Source: Mobula birostris
Lineage: Eukaryota
Length of the DNA stretch: 64,000 nucleotides
Direction of reading: 5' to 3'
Assembly: GCF_030028105.1 (NCBI RefSeq)
Contig: NC_092379.1
Coordinates: 23,863,821 to 23,927,820, forward strand
How positions within the stretch are numbered: position 1 is the first letter of the stretch; the number at the start of each line of letters is the position of its first letter. This document shows positions 39,201-52,790 of this stretch, piece by piece. The translations under genes and the position numbers were made by a program. The notes below the pieces were generated by a model, which worked only from the letters and a program-made list of their open reading frames with translations, had not been told where the DNA came from and did not search any database.

Positions 39201-39411
39201 CACCTTAACGTTTATTGATTTTGCTGTGCGCAGAATGGCTCCACATTCTCTGCTCTGCAACAGGGCCGTATTTTGCAACTATGTCATTGCCCTTGAAGTG
39301 CTCGGGCACAATGTAAGGTACTCTGTAAATGTCAAGTCTGTACCTCACAACTACTCTTACCGACTTGCTGGTATATCTGGTTTCACTCCTTGGGAAAGGT
39401 TTCATTTCTGA

Positions 39412-39942
39412 TGTAATGGTTTTTCTGTAGCAGCATTGTGCTTGGGTTATGACTAGAGATAAACGGGGCACGGAATGTGCGGCGACCAATGAGGGGAATG
39501 GTGTTTGTTCTTGTGTGGCCGACAGCAAGTGACCTCGCGGGCTTTTGTTCGGAAGAAGGTGGAGAGGGAAGATGCCACAAAGGGCAAGTCGTAGACTGCA
39601 GGAAAGAGTGGACCTGGAATGCGGATGGGAGTCGACGACGCCCCGGTGAAATCGATGGAGAACGAACAGATCGAAAAAGTGAGCTCCGTCGTGCGCATTA
39701 GACTGCTTTATTAAACTGAGCCCCTTTTCTTTTTGTTTTCTTTACTAACCCTATAGTCAAATTGAGAATTATAAAGCTCAATCATTTAATTGCATATTGT
39801 GTAATGTCTGTTATTTCGAGGTACTGATTTGTAACAGGTGAACACATCACGCTGCAGACACATAAACAAGATTTCTCAAGTTGTCCAGGCCGGAGGTTGT
39901 CGTCCCCTAGACTAACGCCACTGGTCGAAACTGAGGGTTACA
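39412..39942 (+). mobile_element. Solo LTR (Gypsy-like), paralog of 13577-14104
   Basis: TGTAA...TTACA termini, CTGA/CTGT flanks. Confidence 0.65.
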
Positions 39943-41091
39943 CTGTTTTATGTGGAACGCACTTGTTCAAGCAACCCACTCAGGATGTAGGACGGCTTGG
40001 TATTATAGAGGTGACTCTGTCTGTGAACTGAGAGCAAACAGTTCTTTTGAACAGCAAAGTTCAATTCATGTCCCGTGAGTGTATGATGGTTCAGGTTAGG
40101 GGAAGTTTCACTCTTTGTTTACGCTCTAATGGCCCTGCCCTGGCTGGGATGGATAATGAAGAGGAATCTTTTTTACTAGTCTCTTTACTCTGGGGTGCTC
40201 GATGCAATTCCCATGTGGAAGAATTACCTAGATGCACAGGATAAATACTGATTCCATTCAGTGACAGAGCAGAAAGTGAGGCCATTCATCCGATAGTAGT
40301 TGTGCTCAGTTTTAGCTGAAGAACCCAATAAAACAATTGATCTCTCTGCTCTGCTCTGTCTCAATACGAAAATCAGTTTCCCTCCAGTTCTCTCTCTACA
40401 CTCGCTTATACACATCACGGTCATACAGTCAGTGTTTTTCAGACCAGAACCGTTTATGAATAAACGTACCCTTAAATGGACTCTTATTACACATTAATGT
40501 CTTGAAATCCACACTCCGCACACTAACTACCCTATACCCAACACCCATCCGCCGATGCAAGGATGCTTAGAATTTAGGAAGGACTTGTGGCTTTATTTTC
40601 CTGCATTAATATTTCTATACCACTTCCCCTCTGCCTTCCCAACTCCAAAATTTATCCTCCCCGTACACCATCTGCACACCCATCAGGAAGTAAAACTAAA
40701 ATCTTACATCCATCGATTAATCCTCAGATATCGCCTGTACTATAGATGCATCCTTGGACAGACTTCACGCTGAACATTACATGATAGAGCTGACACCCAC
40801 CTGTACCAGGAAGGCCAAGCCATTGACTGGGGACAAATGGAAACAGTGCATAAAAGGCATGACAAACAGGCTATGGGACAACTTCTTTCACCAGTCCACC
40901 AAACCGCTTAATACATGCTGACGCAAATGTATTTCTATGTTATATTGACTATCCTGTTGTATATAATATTAATTATAAACTACTATATTTTCACATTGCA
41001 CATTTCAGCGGAGACGTAACATAAACATTTACTCCTCATGTCTATGAAGGATGAAAGTAGTACAGTCAATTGATTTCAATTCAGTTCATTT

Positions 41092-41172
41092 CAAGATACC
41101 GTCAGCGTGGTCCCTCCTAGTAGGCAAGATATTCACACTGCTCCGCCTCCCCATTCACCCAATGCAGTAACT
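41092..41172 (-). pseudogene. JH relic with 23-bp RSS, unit IV (b-type)
   Basis: TAT CTT GCC TAC TAG GAGGG ACC ACG CTG ACG GTA TCT, with an in-frame TAG and the 4-nt deficit. CACACTG, 23 bp, GCAGTAACT. Confidence 0.8.
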
Positions 41173-41496
41173 TCAGTTGTCCGCTACGTTCACTAATCTC
41201 AGAAAAGTGTCAACATGATCCCAGACCGGAAGCAGGTACTTCCTGGAATTTTACCTGAAATTCCAAGCCTGTTTATTCCTGGCCTGTGAATAAAAGATGC
41301 ATTTTCACAGTATTCCTATCTGCGGACACCGATTCTTTCCAGCCCGCAGTATTAGACTTGAAGCCGTTTGGGCTTATACTTGCCCAGAACGTTTGCCTTA
41401 ACAGTCTGAGCCAGCTTTCAGGCATTTGACTCTGGGAGGCAGCAATGCAAAATTCGTAGAGACAGACTGCGGTGCAGACTTCCATTTGTCGGGACC

Positions 41497-41560
41497 AGTT
41501 TTTGTCCAGCTCCCCATCACCCTGGTGCATATCACGTTGCTTCACTGAAGGTCATAATAC
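41497..41560 (-). other. D segment (ATATGCAC), defective 3' heptamer, unit IV; the unit ends here with no V
   Basis: Near-identical to 15707-15770. A CR1 3' end follows immediately from about 41556. Confidence 0.75.
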
Positions 41561-42720
41561 AGGCCATTCGGCCCACAATGTTGTGCCATATATGCATGCA
41601 ATTTAGAAATTACCTAGGGTTACCCATAGCACTCTAAATTTCTAAGCTCCATGTACCTGTCCAGGAGTTCTTGAAAGATCCTATCGTATCTGCCTCCATC
41701 ACCGTTGCCGGCAGCCCAGTCCATGTACTCACTACTCTCTGCGTTGCAAACGTAACCTGATATCTCCTCTGTACCTGCTTCCAAGCACCTTCAAACTGTG
41801 TCCTCCCCTGTTAGCCATTCCAGTCCTGGGAAAAAAGCCTCTGACTATCCACGCGATAAATCATCTTATTCACCTGAATCAGGTCACCTCTCACACTACG
41901 CTGCTCGAAGGAGAAAAGACCGAGTTCACTCAACCTATTCCCATAAAACATTCTCCCCAATCAAGGCGACATTGAAAATCAAGAAGAGCAGGGGTCCCAA
42001 AAACAGATCCCTGAGGCACACCACTGGTCATCGACCTCCAGACCGAATATGACCCGTCCACAACCACTCTTTGCCAACTGTGGGCAAGCCAATTCTGGAT
42101 CCACTAAGAATTGTCCCCTGTGATCCGATGCATCCATGCTTCTCAAAAAGCTTTGCATAGGGTACCTTATCAAATGCCTAGCTGAAATCCATATACACTA
42201 CATCTACTGACTACCTTCATCAATGTGTTTAATCACATCCTCAAAACATTTAATCAGGCTCGTAAGATACGACGTGCCTTTGACAAAGCCATAGGGACTA
42301 TTCCTAATCACCTTATGCCTCTCCAAGTGTTTGATAAATCCTGCCTTTTCAGGATCTTCTCCATCAACTTACCAACCACTGAAGTAAGAATCACTGTACT
42401 ATAATTTTCTGGACTAACTCTACTCCCTTTCTTGCATAAGGGAACAATATCTGCAACATTCCAATCCTCCGGAACCTCTTCAATCCCCATTGATAATGAA
42501 AAGATCATTGCCACAGGCTCAGCAATCTCCTCCCTCACCTCCCACAGTAGCCTGGGGTACATCTCATCCAGCCCCTAACTTGATGCTTTTAAAAGCTCCA
42601 GTATATCCTCTTTATTTATATCTATATGTGCAAGCTTTTCAATCCTGGGTAAGTCTTTTCCGTCAGAAGCCTTCACCTTTGTGAATACTGAAACAAAGTA
42701 TTCATTAAGTATAACATACA
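41556..42720 (-). mobile_element. CR1 LINE, copy of the 3830-5000 insertion
   Basis: Near-identical sequence including the same internal deletion junctions. Confidence 0.88.
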
Positions 42721-44855
42721 AATGACCCATTTCTTTGCCATATCCAAAACCCCTCCTCCTTCCTGAAATGACGAGAACTTCTCGCAATACCAAAATGCTG
42801 CGCCAAGTGCGATCCACCGTTCTTTTAGATACGGTGAAGGGGGTTCAACTCAAGGCCAACAGCCCGAACATAGGTAAAAAAATTGAAATAAAATAACCCC
42901 CATATAAAGTAACACACTGGAGAATCACTTGCTGAGTTGGGAATGGCCCTGTGATATTTTGGTGTTGTAGAAGTAAATGAAAAACAAGTCGGCTTCATCA
43001 AAATAAATGCGGTAAAAATAAAACTGGAAACAGTCTAGTTGCAACAAATCAGACTTACAGATTTTAGTGAAAGGGGATTGATGTGAGCCAGTAACTCTGT
43101 TTATCAAACCACATAAGTTCCCTGAGCTACTCAGAGCTGGCAGTGCAGGAGGCAGAGTAAACGCCAGTCGGGCAGATTTGCAGCCGAAGACATCCCACAT
43201 CCCGGGAACAACAGGCTGTAACTTCAGTTTTGTCTGGATCAGTGTTCCTCGTGCACATTACAAAAACACCGATCAAATTGAGAGCAGGGGGCAGGGCTGA
43301 ATGGGGGAGCTGGGGGTGCGTGTGTCAGTTTCGAAGAAATTTGCAACAAAACAACATTCAGGTATTTGTTCAAAATAATCGAGGGTGCATCACCAGATCG
43401 GATGAGATTCTGTCTGATTGTTGTCTGCATTGTATTAATTTGATAGAACTTAACATATGGGCAATTTTAGTTATTCATCTTCTGAGCTGTGTGCGGTGCC
43501 GGGAAAGTCCGAATGAATTACTCAGCTGGGTCGCCATTTGGAAAATGCTTGTTGGCAATCACGTTGATGGGGCAGGGATCATAAAGAGGCTTGGAGGCTG
43601 AGGATGAGAGATCACTTTCCTGAAGGATATCACTAATTCTGAAAGGAAATTATTACTAATGGCGAGATTTGAAAATAAATACAAATTTGAAATCTGACTG
43701 CAGATCTAAATCTGTTGCGGATTATTATGGCCTGAGTTTTAATTTGACAGGTTTGTTCTGTTTGTATCCGGGAACTGTTTTTCCATCCCCCTGCGCTACT
43801 CGCCTGATTTGATGTGCTGCCCTATTCTCCATCGCTTTGAAAATAACCTTCTGCCTGCCCACTGGATCACTCTATATCTGGTGCCCGGGACAACATTTTC
43901 CCTTTGTTAACATCATAAGAATACGCTGTCTGATCGTTATGACCTTAATGTTTATGGATTCTGTTGTGTGCAGAATGGATCCATATTCACTTCACTGTAA
44001 CAGGGTCGTATTTTACAACTACGTCATTGCCCGTGAACTGCAGGGGACATAATGAAAGGTGCTCTGTAAATGTCAGGACTGTATGTCACAGCCTCTTTGA
44101 CCGATTCACCAGTAAAACTGGCTTATGTGGAAAGTATTTGTTAAACACACGCAGTCACGATCGAAGACGGCAAGAAATTGGAGCAGTTGCTCCGTCAGTG
44201 AACTGACAGTAAACAGTTCATTCTAACAGCAAAGTTCAAATATGCCCCGTGAGTGTGTGATGGGACACTTCAGTGGAAGTTTGTCCTCTGATCCTCAAGG
44301 ATCTCGTGCTCTGCACAGGGTTACGAATCCTGACCATTCAAAAAAGTTACTCTGAAAATAACAATAAAAGTCAAAATCTGTGGGTGACGGTATTCCTGAT
44401 CCTCAGGTTTACACTCTAATGTACCGTGCATATGGATCTTTCTGTTAAACCGCATGCCAGGAGAGGACATGGGAGCTGTAATCTGCACTTAACTCATGCT
44501 CTGTGTACTCGGAGATGCTAGCTGGAACCTCATTGAGGAAGAATTCCCCAGATTAACAAGCTAAATGTTGATTCCATTGAATGACAGAGCAGAGAGTGAC
44601 GTCATAGATCAGAAAATGTCTGGGCTTATTGTCTGGGTGTATTGGCTGAGCAAACCCAATAAACCCGTTGGCTCTCTGCTCTTCCCTGTATCCCTACGAA
44701 TGGCAAATCTCATCCTGTTGCACCTCTACACTCACTATTGGACATCACGATCGTTCAGGCATTGTGTTCCAGATCACTAACGTAAATATTTTTACTCATC
44801 GTGTGTATGAAGGATGTAAGTAATAAGCACAATTCAATTTAATCCGGATCAATTC

Positions 44856-44935
44856 AATTTACTGCCAGCGAGGTCCTTCCTAATAGGCGAAATGCTCACA
44901 TTTCTCCGTCTCCCCATTCACCCAGTACAGTAACC
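44856..44935 (-). pseudogene. JH relic with 23-bp RSS, unit V
   Basis: Same coding relic as unit I. Heptamer CACATTT, 23 bp, nonamer ACAGTAACC. Confidence 0.72.
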
Positions 44936-45247
44936 TCATTTGCCCGTCTCACCCACTGATCTCAGAAAAGTGTCAACATGATTCCAGACCGGCAGCAACC
45001 ACTTCCTGGATTTCAATCCGAAATTTGAGCTTGGCTCTTCCTGGATTCTGAATAAAAGAGGCATTTTCACAGTTTTCCTGTGTGCAGACACGAGAATCAA
45101 AGTCGAAGCCAGCTGGGCTTTTACTGGCCCAAAAATAAACATTTGCCATTTGCAGTCTCAGTCAGCCTTCTGGCATTTCACTCTGGGAGGCAGAAGTGCG
45201 GATTTCGTGGAGACAGGCTGCTATGCAGACGCTCATTTGTCGACGTC

Positions 45248-45311
45248 AGTTTCTGTTTAGCTTCCCATCACCGTGGTGGATATCACGGTGCTTCACTGCA
45301 GGTCACAATCC
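45248..45311 (-). other. D segment (ATATCCAC) with 12/12 RSS, unit V
   Basis: CACGGTG on both sides, 12-bp spacers. Confidence 0.85.
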
Positions 45312-46086
45312 GACTTCGTCATATCCAGCCCAAATCCAATGGATCGCAGAGCCGGCCAACGGATCTATTAAACCCTCCATCTGGGTACGGCCGTCCCACA
45401 AAGCAGGTCTCGATCTCAGTCATCCCGGTCCTGAAGTGGATACGATATAACCAACCGGGACCTTTCTCTGGACTTCAACTGACAGCTCCTCCTCTGTAGT
45501 TCCGTTCACATTGAGACTCATTTCTAGTTGAACTTGTACCCATTTCTAGATGATGCACTCCGTCTCCGATATGTATCTATGAACAGAGTAATGACCGGAG
45601 AATCGAATGAAGAGCCTAGTTAAAAGTGTTCTGTTGCAGTAGATATTGAGAGCCACCACCTCTCACACTGAGGCACAGCATGAAATAGCCGATACGATAC
45701 ACCGACGTACGGTAACCTCCGACCCTATCACTATCTGTCAGCAGTTCACTCGTCAGTCAAATCGCGCTAGAACACCAATGTTTCTCTTGTCATTAATGTT
45801 CTGCATACCCCCACCGTTTATTGTAACATGTAGAAGAAAGACAGGCACCTGACAAGGTAGACCAGTGAACCCATTCCCACTCATGGCGCTTGGCTCCGAG
45901 CTGCAGTCTGAAGTGATCCGCTGAGACTCTCAGTCCATCCATCCAGCATCTCTTCTCTGGAATCACCACTGAGAACCCGCTTTCCATTGCGTGGACGAGC
46001 GAATGTGGCCCTTAACGACCGGGATACAGCTGTGGCGATCACTACTGACCTTTCCCTCTCCGCCCTACCGGTCGGCGATTTCACTA

Positions 46087-46124
46087 GGTTTTTGTCTCGG
46101 TCTACTCCCGTCTCTCTCACTGTG
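46087..46124 (-). promoter_or_regulatory. V RSS, unit V (CACAGTG, 22-bp spacer, ACAAAAACC)
   Basis: Counted directly from the sequence. Confidence 0.94.
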
Positions 46125-46609
46125 TCTCTCGCACAGTAATAGGTGGCGGTGTCGTCCAGTATCAGGTTGTTCATTTGCAGATAAACTGTGCTGCTGTCCT
46201 TGGAAACCTCGAATTTGCCTTCGAGTCCAGGAGAGTATTTTTTGCCACCGTCAGCCCACACGCCGGCCACCCATTCCGGCCCTTTCCCTGAGACCTGTTT
46301 CACCCAGTGCATGTCAGAGCTGCGGAGTCTGAACCCACTGACTGCACAGGTCAATCTGTGGGACTGTCCGGGTTTTACCATCGCCGACTCGGGCTGTTTC
46401 AGCATGATATCAGACTGCGCGCCTGTCAACAAAAGAAGAGCAGAAATTGATAAAAATGTTCCAGGAGCATAGATTCACAAAGCCTCCGAGAAACAGTCTG
46501 CCTCGGGTAGATAATAAATTGTGGGACAGGCACCTGGAAGGCAAAGCAAGAGGAGACAGTAATAAGGAATGCCCCATACCTTGCTGAGCACTGAATCCGA
46601 CTTCGACAT
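46125..46609 (-). CDS. IGHV: Ig heavy-chain V gene, unit V (leader 46609-46534, V exon 46422-46125)
   Basis: [96 protein letters not shown]; open leader. Confidence 0.95.
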
Positions 46610-49600
46610 TTTTGAGATCAGGGGCTTTAGCTGAGACCGGATTTATCGCGATCCGCCGAGAGCGCTGTTCAAATAGAGACGTAGACTGCCAGTGAGAGGA
46701 GGAGCCGCGGTTGTAAAGGCTCCCACACAATGAAACCAGAGACACAGATCCTGTCCCCGCCCCCAGCAGAAATTACAATTTTCCAAAATATATTCGTTTC
46801 TACAGAGGAAGCAGGTCGGCGGCAGTGACCAAATCCGGATTGACAGGGCTGAGGCATACCAGCCAGTGGACAAACGTCATCCTGTGAGACAGGAAGTGTG
46901 AGACACCGGTCAGTGGACAGAGATTCCTCTGAGAGACAGGAACTAAGAGATTCTAGTCAATGGACTGGTGCGGCCCGCTCCCCCCCGCCCCCCACTCCCG
47001 ATACAGCGACTAACTGACTAGTCAGTGGACTGGTAAATTATGAGAGACAAAGACTGAGAGAAACAAGTTAGTGGACAGATATCGCTCTGAATGCCAGGGA
47101 CGGAGCACACTAGTCAATGGGCAGATGTCCTCCTTTGGGACACCGTTCGAGATACACTAGTCTGGGCACGGAAATGTAATAAACAAAAAGCTCATGGTGT
47201 ATGTGGGATTATCCAGTTTTCGTCATATTAAGACTAATGTTGGCAAACACGCGTAGGGTCACGAAAGGATGACATCGGCAGCTGATATTTGAATATGCTT
47301 ATATTTACAGGGGGTCATTTAGAAGTTAGAATTTGGGCCATCGACATGAATGTATAATCATATGTGAAGCCAAGATCTTAGCTGCATGGCTAAGCAATTC
47401 TGGAGTTTCCAAGAATGGAGAATAGATTTCACCTGTTGCCTGAGATGGAGGGCTTTAATTACATGGAGAGTTTGAGGAAGCTGGATGTATTTTCGCTGGA
47501 ATGTTAGACCTAACGTTGGTGAAGTTTATAAAATTGTGAGCAGTACAGATGCAGCCAGATTCCGTTTCCCAGGCCACACGAGGTTACAACCGGAGGACAC
47601 AAGTTTCTGGTGAGAGGTTCAGAAAGTAACGAATATCTTAGCGATATTATCCCATACACGGGGCTGTGGTTATTTCCAAAGACCTTCCAGGTAAGGTGGG
47701 GCAGCTGATTGCATACGTTGTTTTAAAGACTGCTGTGAAGGTGAAAAAATAGAGAGGGCAGAAGAATGATGGGTGATAGACCTACAAATGAAATGATGGT
47801 ATAAATGCATCTCGGGAGGCCGAAAAATACCTTTACTGTGCTGTAAGATATTCTGATTCTCTTCCACGGCATTCTGTACACGCTGAAATATTTCAACCTT
47901 TAATGTTTCAATATTATTTTACTTGCCCCTCTATCAGTACTTTAAAGGTGGTGATAATGGTGGTCATCCTGGCCTACCCGGCATGTCTTCCTTCTCTGTA
48001 TTTCGACTTCGGTAGATACTTTTATTTAAGTTAATTTGTTCGTGTATTTACTCTCCAACTGTTATTCGACGATCACCTTATCCGGTCTATTTCTATCGTG
48101 GACCGTGTTTATCCCCTCCCTGCCCAACCATTTTCTCCACAATGCTTCCTCTTTGTCGTTCCAACTTCTGACGGCGGTTCTTTGAACTGAAACATTAACT
48201 TTCGTTTCTCTCTTGCGGTGGATATGATCTGACCTCCTGATCATTTCCAGATTGATTTTTGAAATCCCAACGTCTGTCTTTTTTTTCAAATTTGTTATGA
48301 CAAAATGTGTTTCCGGGGGTGGGTAATGATTCAAGCATTAAATTCCACAGACAGCCCCACTTGAGATTAATTACATAAGACTGTAACACGCAGTACATAG
48401 ACTATAGAACTGTATAGGCAATGCCCGTTTAGCTTGCCCTTGTCTGTGGCAATCATGATGCTCTTTTTAAGCAGCATATCAGCCTACTGCCTGCATGATG
48501 TATTGTCTATGAAATTGTCTCTTAGATGTTGCATTCGTATCTGCTTCCGTATGTTCTGCTGAAGTTCCAGGTACTTTCAGTCTTCGCATTTTTAAAAAAA
48601 AATTCTCGTGCATACTCCCTTTCATCTTAAATCAATGTATCCGAAGATTTCACGGTTCCACCTTGGCGTAAATGCACTGATTATCTTCCTTGTCATGCTC
48701 TGATATTACGTATTTCACCAGGACGTCGACAGGCATTACTGTTCAATATAATGCAATCCTAGTTTGTCTAAACTCACTTATATACCATACAAGCCAATGC
48801 AGATGACATCCAAGTGATCTACTTCTGTGCCATATCCAAAACATCATATCCATCCGAAAATGTGACGACGAGAACTGCTCGCAATACTAAAAATGCGGCC
48901 GATCAAAAAACTTACATAGCGACAATTTTATTTGCTCACATTTATACTCATTGACACGAACGATAACGGGATATACATTGTAGCTTCATCTAGCACAATG
49001 CTTCCAGAGGCGCAAAGCCTTGTAGGGTTTGAAGGTTTGAGTTTCTCAATGATTCTGTAGGCTCTGTGCTCTGGTGCTTCGTAGGATCACTTATACCACA
49101 CAGATCACTCTGTAGAGGCTGCGCTAAGAGCGATAGACCGGTCCTTTAGGACCGTGGGCTGGGGTTCAGCTCAGTGCCAACAGCCATGATAAGTGAAAAA
49201 AGGACGAAGTGTTCCTCATATGAAGTGACACACTGAAGAAGCACTTAGCAATGTACTCCGCCTGCAAAACCTCTGCTGAAGTTCATGGTGTTTTCAGTCT
49301 TTGCATTTTTAAAAAAAAAATCTGTTTTTTCATCTTAATATCTCTCTTTCATCTTAACTCAACGTGGCCGACGATTTCAGGGCTCCGACTTGGTAATAAA
49401 GATATTATATATAACACCAGCTCGGCCGACAGGCTTTATTGCTCAAGAAAATGCAATTCTAGTTTGTCTAGGTTCCCCTCATATATCATACAAGCGAATC
49501 CAGAAAACATACAGCTGACCCACTTCTGTGCCATATCCAAAACCTCGCATCCTTCCTAAAGTGTGACGACGAGAACTGTTCGCAATACTCAAAATGTGGT

Positions 49601-50794
49601 CGAGCCAAAATTTTATATAGCTGCAATATTGCCTGCAAATACTCAATGACAGGAGCAACAGCAGGATATATGCTGCAGGCTTCATTTAACACACTCCTCA
49701 CAGAGACTTAGAGGCGGGGGTTTAGCTCAATGCCAACAGCCCCGACAAGTGAAAAAATAGACGTAATTAACCCTCATATGAAGTGACACACTGCGGAAAC
49801 AATTGCTGATTTGGGGAAGGCGCTGGGATATTTTGGGGTTTCAGAAGTGAATGAAAAACACATTGGATTAAGCGGAATAAATTCAGTAAAATCATTTAAA
49901 GAAATAGAGAAGTGTAGTTTCCACGAATCAGTCTGAAAGAATTTGGTGAAAGTTCATTGATGTGAAACAGTACCTCTGTTTCTCAAAACACATATGTTTC
50001 CTGTGCTGCCCAGTGCTGGCATTGCAGGAGGTCATTCGGGCAGCTTTGCAGCCGAAGATCTCATTCATCCCAGGACCAACAGGTAGTGCATGCTTTTTGT
50101 CTGTATCTGTGTTCCTTGGGTATACTAAAAAAAAAAAAAAAACACCGATCAAACTAACAGCCGGGAGCTGGGCTGAAGCGGGGTGCTGGAGATGCATGTG
50201 TCAGCTCAGAAAAAAAAAAAAAAAACATGCAACGAAATAACGTTTGGGTAATTGCAGAAGATAATCGAGGGTGAATCAACAGATCAGGTGAACTTCGATC
50301 TGATTGTTGCCTGTATTGTATCAACTTGATACGGCGAGTAACTTGAAAAACAGGCGGGCAATTTTAGTTAGTCATCATCTGGACTCTGGGCTTTGCTGGT
50401 AAAATCGGAATGAATTATACATCTGGGTCGCCATTCAGAGAGGCTTTGGAAGCAAACACATTGATAGGCCAGGAGACATAAAGAGGCTCGTAGGGTAACG
50501 CTGAGAGAGCTCTTTCCTCAAGGATATCAGTAATTCTGAAAGGATATCCTTACTAATGGCGAGACTTAAAAAAATATAAATTGCTAAGATGTTAGAAATC
50601 TGACCGCCGATCCAAATCTGTTGCAGATGATCTTAATCTGAGTTTAAATTTGACAGATTTGTTGTGATGGTATTCGTGGACTGCTCGTCCATCCCCTGCC
50701 CTACTCATCTGATTTCATTTGCTGCCCTATTTTCCATCGTCCAAAATCCAACCTCTGCTTTCCCATTGGTTCACTCTATAGATCGTGTCCTAAT

Positions 50795-52790
50795 CCGCCA
50801 CCAAATTCAGATAAAAATCTGTTTTCCTGTTTTTGCCACCAAAGTGGATACCCTCACACTTATCCAGATTAAATTGCATTTGCGCACTCACCTGACCTAT
50901 CCAAGTCACCTTGCATCTGCTTAGCATCCTCCTCACAGCTAACACTGCCGCCCAGCTTCGTGTCATTCGCAAACTTGGAGATGCTGCATTTAATTCCCTC
51001 ATCCAAGTCATTAATATATATTGTAAACAACTGGGGTCCCAGCACTGAGCCTTGCGGTACCCCACTAATCACTGCCTGCCATTCTGAAAAGGTCCCGTTT
51101 ATTCCAACTCTTTGCTTCCTGTCTGCCAACCAATTCTCTACCCACATCAATGCCTTACCCCCATTACCGTGTCCTTTAAGTTTGAACGCTAAACTCCTTT
51201 GTGGGACCTTGTCAAAAGCCTCTTGAAAATCCAAATATACCACATACACTGGTTTTCCCCTACCCACTCTACCAGTTACATCCTCAAAAAATTCTATCAG
51301 ATTCCTCAGACATGATTTTCCTTTCACAAACCCATGCTGACTTTGTCCGATGATTTCACCGCTTTCCAAATGTGCTGTTATCACATCTTTGATAACTGAC
51401 TCTAGCATTTTCCCCACCACCGATGTTAGGCTAACCGGTCTATAATTTCCCGCTTTCTCTCTCCCTCCTTTTTTTAAAAGCGGGGTTACATTAGCCACCC
51501 TCCAATCCTCAAGAACTAGTCCAGAATCTAAAGAGTTTTGAAAAATTATCACTAATGCATCCACTATTTCTTGCGCTACTTCCTTAAGTACCCTGGGATG
51601 CAGACCATCTGGCCCTGGCGATTTATCTGCCTTTAATCCCCTCAATTTACCTAACAGCACTTCCCTACTAACTTGTATTTCCCTCAGTTCATCCATCTCA
51701 CTGGACCCTCTGTCCCCTACTATTTCCGGAAGATTATTTATGTCCTCCTTAGTGAAGACAGAACCAAAGTAGTTATTCAATTCGTCTGCCATGTCCTTGC
51801 TCCCCATAATCAATTCACCTGTTTCTGTCTGGAGGGGACCTGCATTTGTCTTAACCAATCTTTTTCTTTTCACATATCTATAAAAGCTTTCAAGTCAGTT
51901 TTTATGTTCCCTGCCAGTTTTCTCTCATGATCTTTTATCCCCTTCCTATTTAAGCCCTTGGTCCTCCTCTGCTGAACTCTGAATTTCTCTCAGTCCTCAG
52001 GTGAGCCACTTTTTCTTGCTAAATTCTATGCTTCTTCTTTGGAATTGATACCATCTCTAATTTCCCTTGTCAGCCATGGGTGCACTAACTTCCTTGATTT
52101 ATTCTTTTGCCAAACTGGGATGAAAAATTGTTGCAGTTCATCCATGCGATCTTTAAATACTTGGCATTGCATATCCACCGTCAACCCTTTAAGTGTCATT
52201 TGCCAGTCTATCTTAACTAATTTACCTATTTATTTCTCATACCTTCAAAGTTACCCTTCTTTAAGTTCAGAACCTTTGTTTCTGAATTAACTATGTCACT
52301 CTCCATCTTAATGAAGAATTCCACCATATTATGGTCACTCTTACCCAAGGGGCCTCCCATGACAAGATTGCTAATTCACCCTTCCCCATTGCTCAATACC
52401 CAGTCTAGAATGGCCTGCTCTCTAGTTGGTTCCTCGACATGTTGGTTCAAAAAAACTATCCCGCATACATTCCAAGAAATCCTGTTCCTCAGCACCCTTA
52501 CCAATTTGGTTCACCCAATCTATATGTAGATTGAAGTCACCCTTTATAACTGCTGTTCCTTTATTGCACACATTTCTAATTTCCTGTTTAATACCATCCT
52601 CAACCTCACTACTACTGTTAGGTGGCCTGAACACAACTCCCACCAGCGGTTTCTGCTCCTTAGTGTTATGCAGCTCTACCCTTATCGATTCCACATCCTC
52701 CCGGCTAATGTCCTTCCTTTCTATTGCGTTAAGCTCCTCTGTAACCAGCAATGCTACCCCACCTCCTTTTCTTTCTTGTCTATCCCTTCT
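50795..52790 (-). mobile_element. CR1 LINE ORF2 internal fragment (endonuclease end to RT)
   Basis: 334-aa ORF with KSPGPDG, NYRPVSLTS, QHGFVKG, GVPQGSVLGP, FANDTKL; endonuclease motif GDFN at about 52.5 kb. Confidence 0.93.

Noticed and set aside
50869-51873. 334-aa ORF as a host gene
   Set aside because: It is a CR1 ORF2 fragment with a mutated catalytic motif (FAND) and truncated ends.
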